From: Phaeosaccion multiseriatum
Lineage: Eukaryota; Protista; Ochrophyta, other classes
Length of the DNA: 64,000 nucleotides
Assembly: GCA_965112735.1 (NCBI GenBank)
Contig: OZ218951.1
Coordinates: 5,704,001 to 5,768,000, forward strand
Direction: 5' to 3'
In this document: positions 51,680 to 64,000 of the stretch, piece after piece
Layout: the number at the start of each line of letters is the position of its first letter
Position numbering within the stretch: the first letter of the stretch is position 1
Notes under the pieces: model-generated
Databases searched by the model: none
Told to the model about the DNA's origin: nothing
The model's input: only the letters and a program-made list of their open reading frames with translations
Program-made: the position numbers and the translations under genes

Positions 51680-53221
51680 GGGAGCAGCAGCAGCAGTGGC
51701 AGTGGGAGCAGCAGCGACGGAGACTACCGTGGTGGGCGTGCCCGTTGCCGTAACGCGATACTCAATCTCCCCGAGAAGCTCCTCTTCGGCGGCCGCCCTG
51801 CCCCCCTTGTCAAGTCTACCGCGCCACTCTCCCTCCACCAGAGAGAAAAATATCGACAGAGGCACGTGCAGCAAGGAAGGCGCCACAGACAGCTGCTGCA
51901 CGAGGAGAGGCGGAAGCGGGCCCGGAAGGCCAAGCAAGGCCAGCGGGCGTGCAACTCTGCGCCTCTATACGTGGATCCGTACACCTTGGCGGGCGGGAAG
52001 AGCGGCCACCTAGGACACGTCGCCAACGTCAGGTAAGTGCAGTACGGGCTGTGGGGGCTGGGCAGGGGCAGTAGGCACAAGACGGGCAGGCACGGCCCGC
52101 CCATAGCAGGGGCCGCCACTCCACTCCACTCCTCACAGCCATTACGAGACGCGTGTTGCCTCTCTTTGTTTCCCCCCCCCTCTCTCTCGACCTCGTCTCC
52201 CTCTCCCCCCGCTCTTCTGTCTCTGCTGCCTCACAATCGATCGCGTCCGTCCGCCCGTCCGCCCGTCCCCTCTCGACAAGGCAGACAAGAAACCCCGAAC
52301 ATCATCTCCAGCCACCTCAAAGACCCCCCCAAGTTCTCTGAAGTGCACGCGCACACCAATCCGGAGGGTAATCCCCAGGATCCCGACAAGCAGTATTGGA
52401 GTGCCCTCTTCCTTCGCAAGGCAAGCGTCGCGGGCATTCAGCGCGAGGAGGAGAAGACCAGGGCACTGGAGCGGGAGAGGATAAGAGCGTTTGACGCCGT
52501 CATTGTGGCGCACCTGACCGATGTGAGTGAGTGAGTGAGTGAGTGAGTGAGTGAGTGAGTGAGTGAGTGAGTGAGTGAGTGAGTGAGGGAGGGAGTGAGT
52601 GAGTGAGTGAGTGAGTGAGTGAGTGAGTGAGTGAGTGAGTGAGTGAGTGAGTGAGTGAGTGAGTGAGTGCGTGAGTAAGTGAGTGAGTGAGTGAGTGAGT
52701 GAGTGAGTGAGGGAGTGAGTGAGTGAGTGAGTGAGTGAGTGAGTGAGTGAGTGAGTGAGTGAGTGAGTGAGTGAGTGAGTGAGTGAGTGAGTGAGTGAGT
52801 GCGTCAAGGGCTTTCTTGAGATCGTGCTGAAGCCACCCCACCAGCCAATCAGCCGTCAGGCACACACAGGCCTTCAAGGCCAGGTCCGAAGTTCAACACA
52901 AGGATTGATTACGCGTTCGGTCTCTGTCCCCTCTCTCACCGCTCTGCCGTGCCCTCCCTCCCTCCCTGCCTGCCTGCCCCCCCTCCCCCCCCCACCCTAG
53001 AGTGTGTCGGCTACCCAAGCCATGGCTCGGCAGGGGGAGGCGGAGCTTCTAAGAGACCCCATCCACTGCTTCGGCCACGACCACCGCTTCGACTCGCTAC
53101 GCCTCATGCCCCTGCAGGAGTGGGGCAACGCGAGGAGGGGCCGCGGCGCTCATTGCAACATTTGCTCGAGGCCCACTGTGCCCGGTGCACAGCGCCTGCA
53201 GTGCAAGGTGGGTGTGTGTGG

Positions 53222-53282
<61 letters not shown>

Positions 53283-55177
53283 TGTGAGAGAGAGAGGCTG
53301 TGTGTTGTGGGTGGGTGGTGGCGAATCGTGAGAGGCGCACTTAGTACGCACGCACCCACGCACGCACCCACGCACGCACGCGCACCCATAAACTCGCGGG
53401 ACGAGTGGCCGGCACAAGACAAGTCCCTAACTGGCAAGCACGTTCGTTTCACCTACGCCATCCCCCAACCCCATCCACTGTCATCCCCCTCCCCCATCCA
53501 CTGCCATCCCTCACCCGTCGCGCCATCCCCAGTACTGTCCCATCACGGTGCACTTCTCCTGCGAGCGCAAGCAGCGGCGAGCTAGCGTTGACTGCAAACG
53601 CGCCCCCCTCCAAAGACCTTTCCACGGCGATGGCGATGGGCGCCCCCTCTCCTGGCGCTGCGCGGATTGCTCAACAGGTTACGACGCTGTGGAGGCGGAG
53701 GCCAAGCAGGAGGAGATGAAAATGCTCCAGACAAGGCACAAGCAGGTGGGGGGGTGGGTGGGGGGTGGTGGATGTGCTTGGGGGTCCAAGTAGCGGGGAG
53801 GCCCAACTCTACGGGCGCAGAACAGCAGACTCGACTCTCTTCCTCCCTCCCTCCTTCCCTCCTTCCCTCCCTCCCTCCCTCCCTCCTTCCCTCCCTCCCT
53901 CCCTCCCTCCCTCCTTCCCTCCTTCCCTCCCTCCCTCCCTCCTTCCTTCCCTCCTTCCCTCCCTCCCTCCCTCCTTCCCTCCCTCCCTCCCTCCCTCCCT
54001 CCCTCCCTCCCTCCCTCCCTCCCTCCCTCCCTCCCTCCCTCCCTCCCTCCCTCCCTCCCTCCCTCCCTCCCTTCCTCTCTGACTCCCTCAATCCCTCCCT
54101 CCCTCCCTCCCTCCCTCCCTCCCTCGCTCGCTCCCTCCCTCCCTCCCTCCCACCCTCCCTCCCTCCCTCCCTCCCTCCCTCCCACCCTCCCTCCCTCTCT
54201 CCCTCTCTCCCTCTCTCCCTCCCCCCCTGCCTCCCTGCCTCCCTGCCTCCCTCCCTCCCTCTCTCCCTCCCTCCCTCTCTCCCTCTCTCACTCCCTCAGA
54301 ACAGCAGACTCGACTCTCTCTCCCTCCCTCCCTCCATCCCTCCCTCCCTCCACCCCCTAACGTCTCTCGCTCCTCCCCCCCCCCCTCCCCAGGCCCTGTA
54401 CGACAAGTCCGCCCTGATGCTTGCCACTCGCCAGCTTGCCAATGTGCGGCGGCAGCGAGAGGCTTGCGTGCGTGTGCAAGCGTGTGTGAGGGGGAGACAG
54501 TGCCGAAGGGCCCTATGGCAGCGGCAGAGGAGCGTGTACAGGCCTTGGCAGCTCAGGTGAGAGGATGGCAGCAGAGGGCAGAGGAGCTTCGCCGCCAGCT
54601 GCGGGGTGACTCAGACTATCCCACCACTCACTCTCCGTCTGTCTACCCCCAATCCACTGCCATCCCTCCCTCCCTTCTCCCTCCCCTCCTCTCCCTCCAT
54701 GCACACCGCAATACCTTACTCAGAGTGCTGAACATTGAGAACCTTCACCTGACAAAAGGGCCCTGCCCGCGCTTCAAGTGCTACCTCACCATCCACGACC
54801 CCGCAGTGCTGCAGGCGGAGGATGCGGCTCGGCAGAAGGAGCAGGAGCAGCTGTTGATACAGCAGCAGCGCAAGAATGCCCTTTCATCGCCTTCGGCAAG
54901 GGTTTCCGGGCGACCTTTTGCGCGCCGCAATGCCCTGCAGCTACCGAGGCAAACGCTTCCGCCTTTTGCATTCTCCTCCTCCGCAGGTGTACGTACAGGG
55001 GCTGAGGTTGCGGTAAAGAAACGAGACGGACAAGAGGGGAAGGAGGAGGACGGTGAAGGAGAGGAAGAAGAAGAAGAAGAAGAAGAGGAGGAGGAGGAGG
55101 AGGAGGAGGAGGAGGAGGAGGAGGAGGAGGAGGAGGAGGAGGAGGAGGAGGAGGAGGAGGAGGAGGAAGAGGAGGAG

Positions 55178-55212
<35 letters not shown>

Positions 55213-57735
55213 GGAGGAGGAGGAGTGGGGGGAGAGGGGAGAGGAGGAGGGGGGAAAGGACAAGGTGGAAGGGGAGAAGGCGAAGGAGGCGGAGGGGGAA
55301 AGGAAGGAGGGGAAGGAGAGAGGAAAGATGGAGGGGAGCACCACCCCCGATGGGAGGAGGGGGCGGAGTGGGACGAATTGGACCCCAAGAACAAGGCGCC
55401 GCCCGCTGGGGGCAGTGAAGGCAGGTCTCTTCTCCTTCCTGCGCGAATGTCAAGTCTTCTTCTTCCAAACAGAGTCGCGCAGCTTGTTACCCAGCAGCGG
55501 CCCCCACTCGATGGCAAGTGCCAGTGCCAGTGCTATGGCCAGTGCCGGAGGCAAGGGCAGGGAGGGTAGGAGGGGGGGGTGGAAAGACGTCAGAGGAGGA
55601 ATAGTTAGAAAGAGAACGACAGCGGTGGCAGGCTGGGCAGGAGGATCGTCTGGAGCGGTGAGGAGGGGGTCGGAGCCTCTGCGGGGGAAGAGAAGAGACA
55701 GCGATAGAGGCGGAGATAGAGACAGAGACAGGAGTGCTGCGAGTACTATTAAGGGCCTGTTCATGCCCACTCTCTTCCTGGCCCCCATTAAGTTTCGCAA
55801 GGGGGCGGCAGCTGCTGCGAGGGCGAGGATAGAGGCGGTGGCTCGCAAGGAGAAGGAGGCAGAACAGCAGCAGGGGAAGCCAGAGGTAGAGAAGGAGCAG
55901 CAGCCGCAGGAGGAAGAGGAGGAGGAGGAGGATGAGGAGGAGGAGGAGGAGGAGGAGGAGGAGGAGGAGGAGGACGGCAGGGAGGAGGCGGCAGACGCCT
56001 TTGGTTGGCGGCTGCAGGCCACGAGGGGGCAGCACCTTGACACCGACCAAGAGGGTCAAGAAGAGCCATGCCTGTTCGCCCCCATCAACGTGCCGCCGAC
56101 CTCGGGCCGCGCGGTGGCGGTGCTGACGGTGGTGCGTAGAGAGGCGGGCAGCAGTATGGAGACCGCGGTGGGGCAGGCCGTGCTGCCACTGGAGGAAGCG
56201 CTTAGGGAAGGGAGGGTGCGCCAAGCCAAGAGGCTACTCACGCCGCTGCTGGGGCGCCTTAAGAATGCCGTGAGGAAGGCGAAAGGTGCGTGGATGGAGG
56301 GGGGGTTGGGTGTGGTTGGGTGTGGTTGGGTGTGGTTGGGTGTGGTTGGGTTGTAAAGTGAATCCGGAGAGAAGCAGGGCAAGAGGATGGGGCACAAGTA
56401 GGAGTATGTCAGTGGGAGGACGGAGCTCGTGTTTCCCCTCTCTCTCTCGAAGGTCTCTTCGCTTCGTTGTTCTTCATGCAAAGTATCGAGTTCAGTGCCT
56501 AATTTGAATCTCTCATGCCGCCCTCCTCCCACGGGTCCACCCTCCCCTTCCCCCCCCCCCCTCTCCCCCCCTCTGGTGCACCAGAACGAGACGGAGGACG
56601 CCGCCCCTCGTTTGGCAACGGAGCCAAGCGCATCGAGATCTTCCCTCCTCGCTCCGACTCTACCACCCCATGCAGCAGCGGAGCTACCGAAGCCCCCCCT
56701 CCCCCCCGTCTGCGTGTGGAAGTGAGCAGTCTCCGTAGCTGGGAGACCAAGGCAGGTCTGCTCGAAGTGAGCTTTCCGACGGCGGCGAGCGGCCGAGCGT
56801 TACTTCCGAGCATCAGCAGCCCCTCTCGAGAGCTCAGGTACGCGGTGCTGTGCGAGAAGGTGCTGCTGCTGTACTCTTCTCAGTATTGCAGTAGGGAGGT
56901 GGCCAGGATTAAGCTGCCTGGCTCGCTGCTGCAGAACGTGGGGTCGAATCTGAAGGCATATGGGCATGATAGAGACCTCATCATACTGCACGTACCTCCT
57001 TCGCTCGAGCGGGAAGGCCGAGGGGAGGGAGGAGGAGGGGGGGAGAGAGCGGCAGGGAGAGGGAGAGGAGGGAGGGGAGGGGAGGCCATAACGGGGGGGG
57101 CAGCGAACCCCGGGGGGGAGGGGGGCAAGCAGGGCGAGGGCTGCAGCCTCACGCTCGCGCCCTTCACCAGCGACGAGCACCAGGTAAGAGGGAAAGGGAG
57201 TGATTTTGGGAATACCAGGGCATCATCTTGGTAATACCATTGTGATATGGGCATGTCGTTGTTCGGGATGGCAGTGGATGGGTCGGGAGGGGATATTGGC
57301 CCACCGGGAAGGGTTGGGAGGGAGAGGGAGGGCAGTCTGGTTGGCTGAGGGTTGAGTGTGAGAGCGGGGCAGCTTTTCTTTCAGCCCGCATGCCGCATGT
57401 CCTGTGACTAGCTATCGTACCCCCCCCTCGTGCTGCCCCTGGCCCTGCCCCTCCTCCTGGCCTTCCCGCTGTTGCTGTGTATCACCGACGGCTCTGCTTG
57501 CCAGGAGTGGCTGGTGAAGTTGCGACACGCGTCTCGATACGGCGATGAGTATGACCACAAGCTCAAGACAGGCGTCCCCAGAGACAAGCGGCGAAGAGGC
57601 AACAACGCGCACGCCCACGCCAACGTCGACAAGGGGGCAGGGGCAAGGGTAGGGGGGCAGGAACTCCGAGACGAGAAGGACGGGAAGGAGTTGCTGCCAG
57701 CGATCATGCTGCCCCCCCCTTCCGACTGTCTATAG
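51287..57735 (+). CDS. Uncharacterised multidomain protein: His/Ser-rich N-terminus, C1/PHD-like zinc finger, IQ motif, probable split C2 domain, PH domain
   Basis: Exons ~51287-52032, 52285-52522, 53001-53207, 53533-53745, 54393-54556, 54724-56286, 56586-57183 and 57505-57735 join in frame. Motifs: CNIC..LQCKYCPITVHFSC..WRCADC; VQACVRGRQCRR; VLTVV..VGQAVLPL; RYAVL...LLLY...EWLVKL. Confidence 0.7.
52523..52800 (+). repeat. (GTGA)n microsatellite starting at the 5' splice site
   Basis: Directly visible. The first unit provides the GTGAGT donor. Confidence 0.97.
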
Positions 57736-59497
57736 CGAAGCACAAGCAGAGCATTGCCCGAGGGACATGGGCCGGAGGGAGGTGTGTGCCGGAGGTGTGG
57801 TGGTGGCTTCGTGTGTATTATACAGCAGTGCGGGGGAGGAGGTGGAGCGGAGAGGATGGCGTCGCTCGCGTCACGTGGAGTGGAGCGAGCCTCTCTCTTC
57901 TCCGTACCACACGGAGGGAGAGCTCGTGTGTGCATGCATGCATGCATGCGTGCGTGCGTGCGTGCGTGTGCGCGTTTTCGCCGCCGCCTCGCGTCGGTGG
58001 AGACGAACTGGAACTGTATATTGACACTATTGGCACTGCCTTACCAATGACCCTCATGTCTGTGTTTCTGTGAGGCCTACGGAGGCCTTCAAAGGTATCT
58101 CTGTGAGGCCTACGCAGGCCTTCGAAGGTGTCCCTCTCCCTCCCCACCCATGATCCCAATGGCCTATCCCAGCCAGGCGTTTGGGACCCAGCTTAGACAC
58201 CACCGTATATTTCAGCACATGTTGACCCGCACACCCATTCCCACGATCGCATATCGCATATACCGCCGCATGTGCTGCCCTGTCCGACAGAGGCGCATAT
58301 CGCGCTCGGGTAGCTAGGGATAATCAGGAATAGGCAGGGATACGCGAGTATGGGACCGGCCGCTTGTACAGACGAGTATGCGTTTATGCGTTATACTTTC
58401 CACATGGCTATGGTGTCGAATGGGGGGATACGACGTGCGGTGTCGCATATTTTATGAGTGTGAGCCTCGCCATCGAATATTCTTGTCTGCCACCCTTGGT
58501 AGGCCCACCCTTGCTTGTCGCCACACACCCAGCAGTACGCAGTCTTGTGTGCCTAGCTACCCAGTGCTTCTTGAAGCTTCGGACATTGCCCTACAGTGTG
58601 GGGCTGGGTGGTATTCATATTTCGACATGTTGCTTGGTCTTTTTGTTTTTGGGGGCAGAGAATGGGCAGAATTCATGTCCCGTATTCGGCCCCTTGGATA
58701 TCGCCCCTGACCCTTTCTCTCTTTCCTGCTTCTGCCGGCGCCTTCAGGCCGGCGCCAGCCAGCCTGCTTCCTGTTTCTGGCCAGCGCTAGTCGGCCCTTG
58801 TTTCCTTTCCAAGGGTGGACACCTAGCTAGAAACCTGTCAGGCTTCAGGAGGGGTCGATCGCATCAGCAGAAAAGAAGGGCGAGGAAGGGCGGAGGGAGA
58901 CTGTTCCTTCTCTGCGAATGGAGCGAGGTCTGTCCCTTCTCTTCCATCTGTGCCACTCTCTGCGAAATATTCAAGCCTGTCTCTCCCTCCCTTCCGCGTT
59001 TGCTTTGTCGGTTTTGCATATCTCCTCGGCTATCCAGCCTTCCCTCCCCGGGCGGCGGGAGCTGGGCCAACGGAGGCTGCATGCAGTACGTACATACACG
59101 TCGTGCTTCAGCGGACAGTGATGCGGTGTTGGTTTTGTCAGCACAGCCATGCTTTTTTCGGGAGGTTCGTGTGTATTATAACAGATGGCTGGTGGCTGGG
59201 GGGTACGTGGCGCCCCGTATAACCACTTGGTGAAGATGGTGCCAACCTGAGAGGGCCGGGTCTCTCACAGCTTTTCACTTTTTTTCCCAACGAGGCACCC
59301 CCTCTTCCCCTTCTCCTTAGTCCTCTTCTTCACTCCTTCCGCTCCTTTAGTCACAGCAGTGTCGCACTTCTTGTACTAAGGCAAGCGGTGAGGACAAAGG
59401 CAAGAGAAGCGGAAAGAGGTACGGAAGTTTCCAACCGCCATACGCAGATTATTCTCCAAGCAGACGGGGCTCAGACCACAACAGCAGCAGCTTTAGG

Positions 59498-61437
59498 ATG
59501 ATGATGATGAACGGGAGAGTGCAGATTCTTGCCCTGCTCGGAGGGCTCTTTGCCTTGGCCACTGGTAGTCCGTCTGTGAGCGACGCACCCACCCCATCTC
59601 CAGCCTGTGATGACATCGTGGCCACCGTCATCGCTTTGAATGATGGCAACTTCGATGCTCTGCTGGATGCCGCCATCGAAGTCGGGCTTGACGCCACGCT
59701 GAGCTCTGACCAAGAGGTCAGTAGCATTGGCCGGAGATCAGGCAGACACAGTGATTCTTACTCTCTCCCCCCTAACTTCGGTGACCTCCGGCCTTCACTT
59801 CTTCCTTCCTCGGCTCTCACGGGCCGGCCCGCTCCGAGAGCCGCAAGCATTCATTATGTGTAGATGGTGTGCTGGGTGCTCTAGAACTCTCCACTCCCTC
59901 TCTTCTTCGTCTCTCCATCTCTCCATCTCTCTTCTCTCTCTCTCTCTCTCTCTCTCTCATGTCTATTATATTCTCTCACACCTTCTTGTCATCCCGCCAT
60001 ACTCACACCCGCCCCCTTTCCCGCCTCTTGTCTTCTTCTCCCCTCAGCTTACCGTTTTCGCACCTACCGACGACGCTTTTGCCGAAGCCGGATTATGGTA
60101 AGATGCTGTGCAAGCCGGCGCCGAATATATACGGCTCCCATCCTCCCTCTCTCTCCGTTAGTGACCCTCTCTCTCCCTCTTTCCCCTCATCACCTTTGTT
60201 TACTCTCCCCCCTCTCCTACGCGCGTCCCATCTCTCACGCTCCCTCTCCTTCCCCTCTCGTCAAATCCCCCTCCCCCCACCCCACCAGCGCGACCGCCGA
60301 AGTCACGGAGGACTGCGCAGACATCACTCAGGTAGACTCCACCATCCTGACGACCATCCTGACGTACCACGTGGCCCTGGGCTCCCTGCCTGCCTCCTCC
60401 ATCCTGGGCTCCACTGTCGACACCATCAACGGAGGCACCTTCGATGTGGCTGAGGATGGAATCATCACGGACGCCTCGGGGAACGAGGTGAGTCATGGAG
60501 CATCCAATTAACAGCAACAGCCATTCACTGGCTTGAGTGAGTCATTGACCATTCCATGGGCCCTCCTTGGCTGGCGGGCATGTTGGTGTACAGGCCTTGG
60601 TTGAGAGGGGGAGGGGGGGATTCAAACGCATCCTAGTGCCTAATACAAACATACTGAAACTCCAACTCCAATGCAGGTGCTCATCAACGCGGTCGATATT
60701 CAAGCATGCAACGGCATCATCCACGTGCTCGGAGGCGTGCTCAGCCCCTCCGTCATCGACACCACCACCACCACCACCGACCCCGCCACCACTGGTACCA
60801 AGGACCCGGCCACTGGACTGGACTTTGGGCTGCCTGAGGATGCCCCGATCGCGTGCCTGCTGCCTAGCCCCTCTGTGGAGCCGTGGTCAGACCCCGACTT
60901 TCGAACCACTGTGGAAACGAGTCCGGAGGAGGATCTACAGCTGGCGCCCTGTGTAGGTACGTTCGTACGTGCGTAAGCGAAGGGGGTGCTTACGTATTGT
61001 AGTGTAAGGTGCCTTTGCCTGCGAAAGGGTTGGGCGGGAGTGAGCGGGGGACAACGAGACGACTTGCGAGGGGAAGGAGGGTGGGCGTGACACGTTGGTG
61101 ATACACAAGGAAAGCAACACGTTCGAACCCCTCCCGAGAGTTGTCTCTTTCTCTCTCTCATCTTTCCCACATGGCACTTCCTGCCTCCCTCCCCCCACCC
61201 CCTCTGCCCTCTCTCTCAGACTTCCTCAACATAGGCGACGTAAGCATCGGCCTGGGGCTGGAGTTCAACTCCCAGTGCCCCTCTGCTCTCGAGCCTGATG
61301 CCCACGCGCTGGGGGGTTGCGGAGCCACCGGCAGGGCCCAGTGTAGGCAGTGCTTTATCGACGAGAATAGGTTTCAGGAGTACATCGAGAACGACGTCGG
61401 CATCGAGTATCAGAGCAGCGACTTCGACTACGAAAGT

Positions 61438-61495
<58 letters not shown>

Positions 61496-62103
61496 GTGTG
61501 CGTGCGTGCTTGTGCGGCGGAAGCGAGAGGGACAAGCGACAGATGTCCCCCCTCATGGTGACCCCCTTCAAGTCCTGTCTAACCCCTCTCCCTCCCTCCT
61601 CCATCCGCTGCCATCCTCCCCTTGCAGCGTGCTCTTGCTGCACGCTGTACCTGGCCTCTTTCTTCGACCGCAACATCGACCTGTCCGCCTGCGAGGAAGC
61701 GGGGAGCACGTTCAATGACTTGGTGCCGTCCGCAGCTCCCACCATGACGCCTCCCGTCAGCTTCCCCGATCCAGTCATGACCGGCGCACCCACCACCGAC
61801 GCGCCCGTCGCTGTGGACCCGAGAGATGGGCTCACAGACTTCGAGACGGCCGCTCCCACGGAATCGACTGAGACGACTGCGGACAGCTCCGAGGAGGAAG
61901 AGGAGGAGGAAGAGGAAGAGGAGGAGGAGGAGGAGGAGGAGGAGGAGGAGGAGGAGGGAGGGGGAGATAGGGAGGGAGACGGGGATGAAGAGGACACCAC
62001 TCCGCAGAGCGGGGCAGCGAGAGGAGGGGGGGGGGTGGCGCTGGCAATGATGGCCGCGGTGCTCGGTGCCGCTGCGCTGAGTGCGGGGCCCCGTGTGGTG
62101 TGA
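59498..62103 (+). CDS. Secreted/cell-surface fasciclin (FAS1) domain protein with a Cys-rich domain and a possible GPI-anchor tail
   Basis: About 6 exons. Signal peptide, LTVFAPTDDAF (H1), ILTYHV and NGIIHVLGGVL (H2), then a Thr/Pro/Glu-rich stalk and a hydrophobic C-terminus. Confidence 0.9.
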
Positions 62104-62527
62104 GGGAAGGGACGGATGGATGGACGGACGGACGGTTGTCGTTGCCGCAGTGCTGCTCAGACGAGAGCGCCGCAACTCATTTTTGGTTTTCGTTTCAGTG
62201 CCTTGGTACAGTTACCAGCAGTTTTGGCTCATTTTCACTTGATACAATATTATGTACATGATGTGGTGTGTTACAAGTCTCCCTTTTTCCCAGTTAATGG
62301 AGAAAAGAGAGGAAAAGTTTCCCGGGGGGAGGGCATCTTTTTTTTGAGCCACGGAGAGCAGAAGAGACGATTTTGGAGACCGCTGAAGCCGTAGAGCAAG
62401 AGGGAAGAAGACTGCCGGTCGCGCTCGCTTAGCAGCGGTAGTCAGGAGGAGCGGCAGCGAAAGCCTTGGCTTGCTTCGAGTCCCGACCGCGAAGCAACTA
62501 AACCAAACTGCCTCTTCCTATATAGCA

Positions 62528-64000
62528 ATGAGCTCATTGCTGAAGGTTGCGCTGCTCCTCGCCGCGGTGGGAGGCGCGCGTGTCGCTGGCAGTACACCTC
62601 CGGCCTCGAACGACACCAGCCCCGCCAATGAATGCTTGGATTTGCAACTCCCTTGGGGTGAGTGCGATGGGAGAGGCGCTTATGTCCGCTCCTCCTTCCC
62701 CTCGCCCGCCCCCCCCGCTCGTCTGCCGCATCGACGCATCAACGCATCAACGAACGACTGATTTTACACTCTAACTTACATGTCTAACATCCTAACACGA
62801 CAGCCGACTACCAACACGGGATGCTCCTGACGCGGGACGAGAACTGCCCCTCCAAGACGGACGACCCCGAGACCCGCGCCGAGAAGCTTTCTAATGCGTC
62901 CAATGACGTTACGTGGTGCAATGTGCAGGGCCACGAGCTTTGTCGCTACTGCCTCTACGACCCGAACCTCTTCGATGCGGCCTTTCCCAACGCCACTCGA
63001 ATCGGGGACAGCCCTCCCGACCTGCCTTCGCTTCTCAACTCGACGGAGGAGATCGAAGAGCCCGGGAGCCCGACCGCTGTCAATGCGACTGAGCCAATCG
63101 TCACGCCCCGGGCCTGCACCTGTGCTGAGGCGCGAGCGGCGTACGTAGAGATGGAAGGCTGCCGTCCCTTGTCCGAGGAAGGCAGGCCCGAGCCGGAGTT
63201 CACAGGAGAAGGTGCGTATTTGGTTGCCCTCGTTTGCTGCCATTCCTCACCCCGCCGTCACCCTCGCCCTCGCCGCCTCCGCCTCGAGTCCATTTGAGTA
63301 TTTAAACGATTCCCTCCACTCACTCGACCATCCTCCCCCACTCCTCCCGCAGACTTTGGTCTTGCTGCGGACGCGCCTTTCCAGTGCATGCTTCCTAGCG
63401 TGGATGTGCCCCCCTGGAACGAGACGGACTATATCACCGTCCTCCCCAACGTGTACATCGACGACCCGTTGCCCATCGTTCGGTGCGTGGAGCTCATGGA
63501 CGTCGGACCCATGGCGATCGGCCTCGGTGAGTGGAGTGGAATGGGCGCGTGGCTGGCTGGGCGGGGGCTCTTCCTTCCCTCCCCTCCTCTCCCCCGGCCC
63601 GTCCCCACTGAACGCTCTCCGCCCTCCTTTGCTGCTTCCCCATTCCCTCGCTCTCGTTTAGTGACACCGCCTCTTGCCCTTGCCCCTTGTCCCCCCCCCC
63701 CCCCCCTCGTTCTTCCCCCCTTTGCCTCTGCAGGCATTGAGTTCGACCCTCGCTGCCCCACCGACCCCTCCACCGTGGCGGAGCTTCTCGGGGGCTGCGG
63801 CGCCACGTTCCGCCCCCTGTGCCGCGACTGCTTGCTCGACAGGGACCTCTATGTAGAGCATCTGGAGAGCGTCACTCCAGAGGGAGAGCTGTCACCTGTC
63901 AACGTGCCGGGGCTGCAGCGTGAGTGGCGGAGAGAGGGGAGGAGAGTGGCTTGTTGCTTAGCTATACCTACCTGCTTCGAGGAGCGAATACTGGTTTGCT
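62528..64000 (+). CDS. Secreted Cys-rich repeat protein (partial, continues beyond the window)
   Basis: Signal peptide MSSLLKVALLLAAVGGARVAG. Exons ~62528-62657, 62804-63211, 63353-63526 and 63734-63919. Repeats CNVQGHELCRYC and GGCGATFRPLCRDC. Confidence 0.75.

Noticed and set aside
56301-56352. Telomere-like (GGTTGGGTGT)n
   Set aside because: Only ~5 copies, at an intron 5' end. It fits the general G-rich intron-start pattern rather than a telomere.
58364-59233. 289-aa ORF
   Set aside because: It has a non-ATG start, no recognisable motif and atypical composition.

Overview
This is eukaryotic, GC-rich, intron-dense nuclear DNA, most likely from an ochrophyte (photosynthetic stramenopile). 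The main evidence is a nuclear HU gene with a signal peptide followed by an ASAFAP-like 'ASG|FVVP' plastid-targeting motif. I reconstructed about 17 spliced genes by hand, two of them cut by the window edges. In order: an inverted head-to-head pair of secreted GDSL/SGNH hydrolases; a small Cys/His-repeat protein; a Zn-type CDF transporter; a ~21-exon soluble adenylyl cyclase (ADCY10-like) with two DEP domains inserted in its STAND NTPase; an ankyrin-repeat protein; RAE1; ATP12; a ferric reductase (FRO/NOX family); an ATPase-domain-only Hsp70; plastid-targeted HU; a DUF1764-like protein; calreticulin; RPB5; a zinc-finger-IQ-C2-PH protein; a fasciclin protein; and a Cys-rich secreted protein. 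Most entries in the ORF track are artefacts of intronic microsatellites. The most notable observations are the DEP-containing cyclase, a polarised intron 'grammar' (a dispersed GATGGCAGTGGA/TCCACTGCCATC motif, a TATCACCAAC motif before acceptors, and splice-signal-like microsatellites), a 206-nt copia-derived hairpin, the truncated Hsp70/HU divergent pair, and an unrecognised Cys-rich domain shared by neighbouring secreted proteins. All exon boundaries are manual, and no database search was run.
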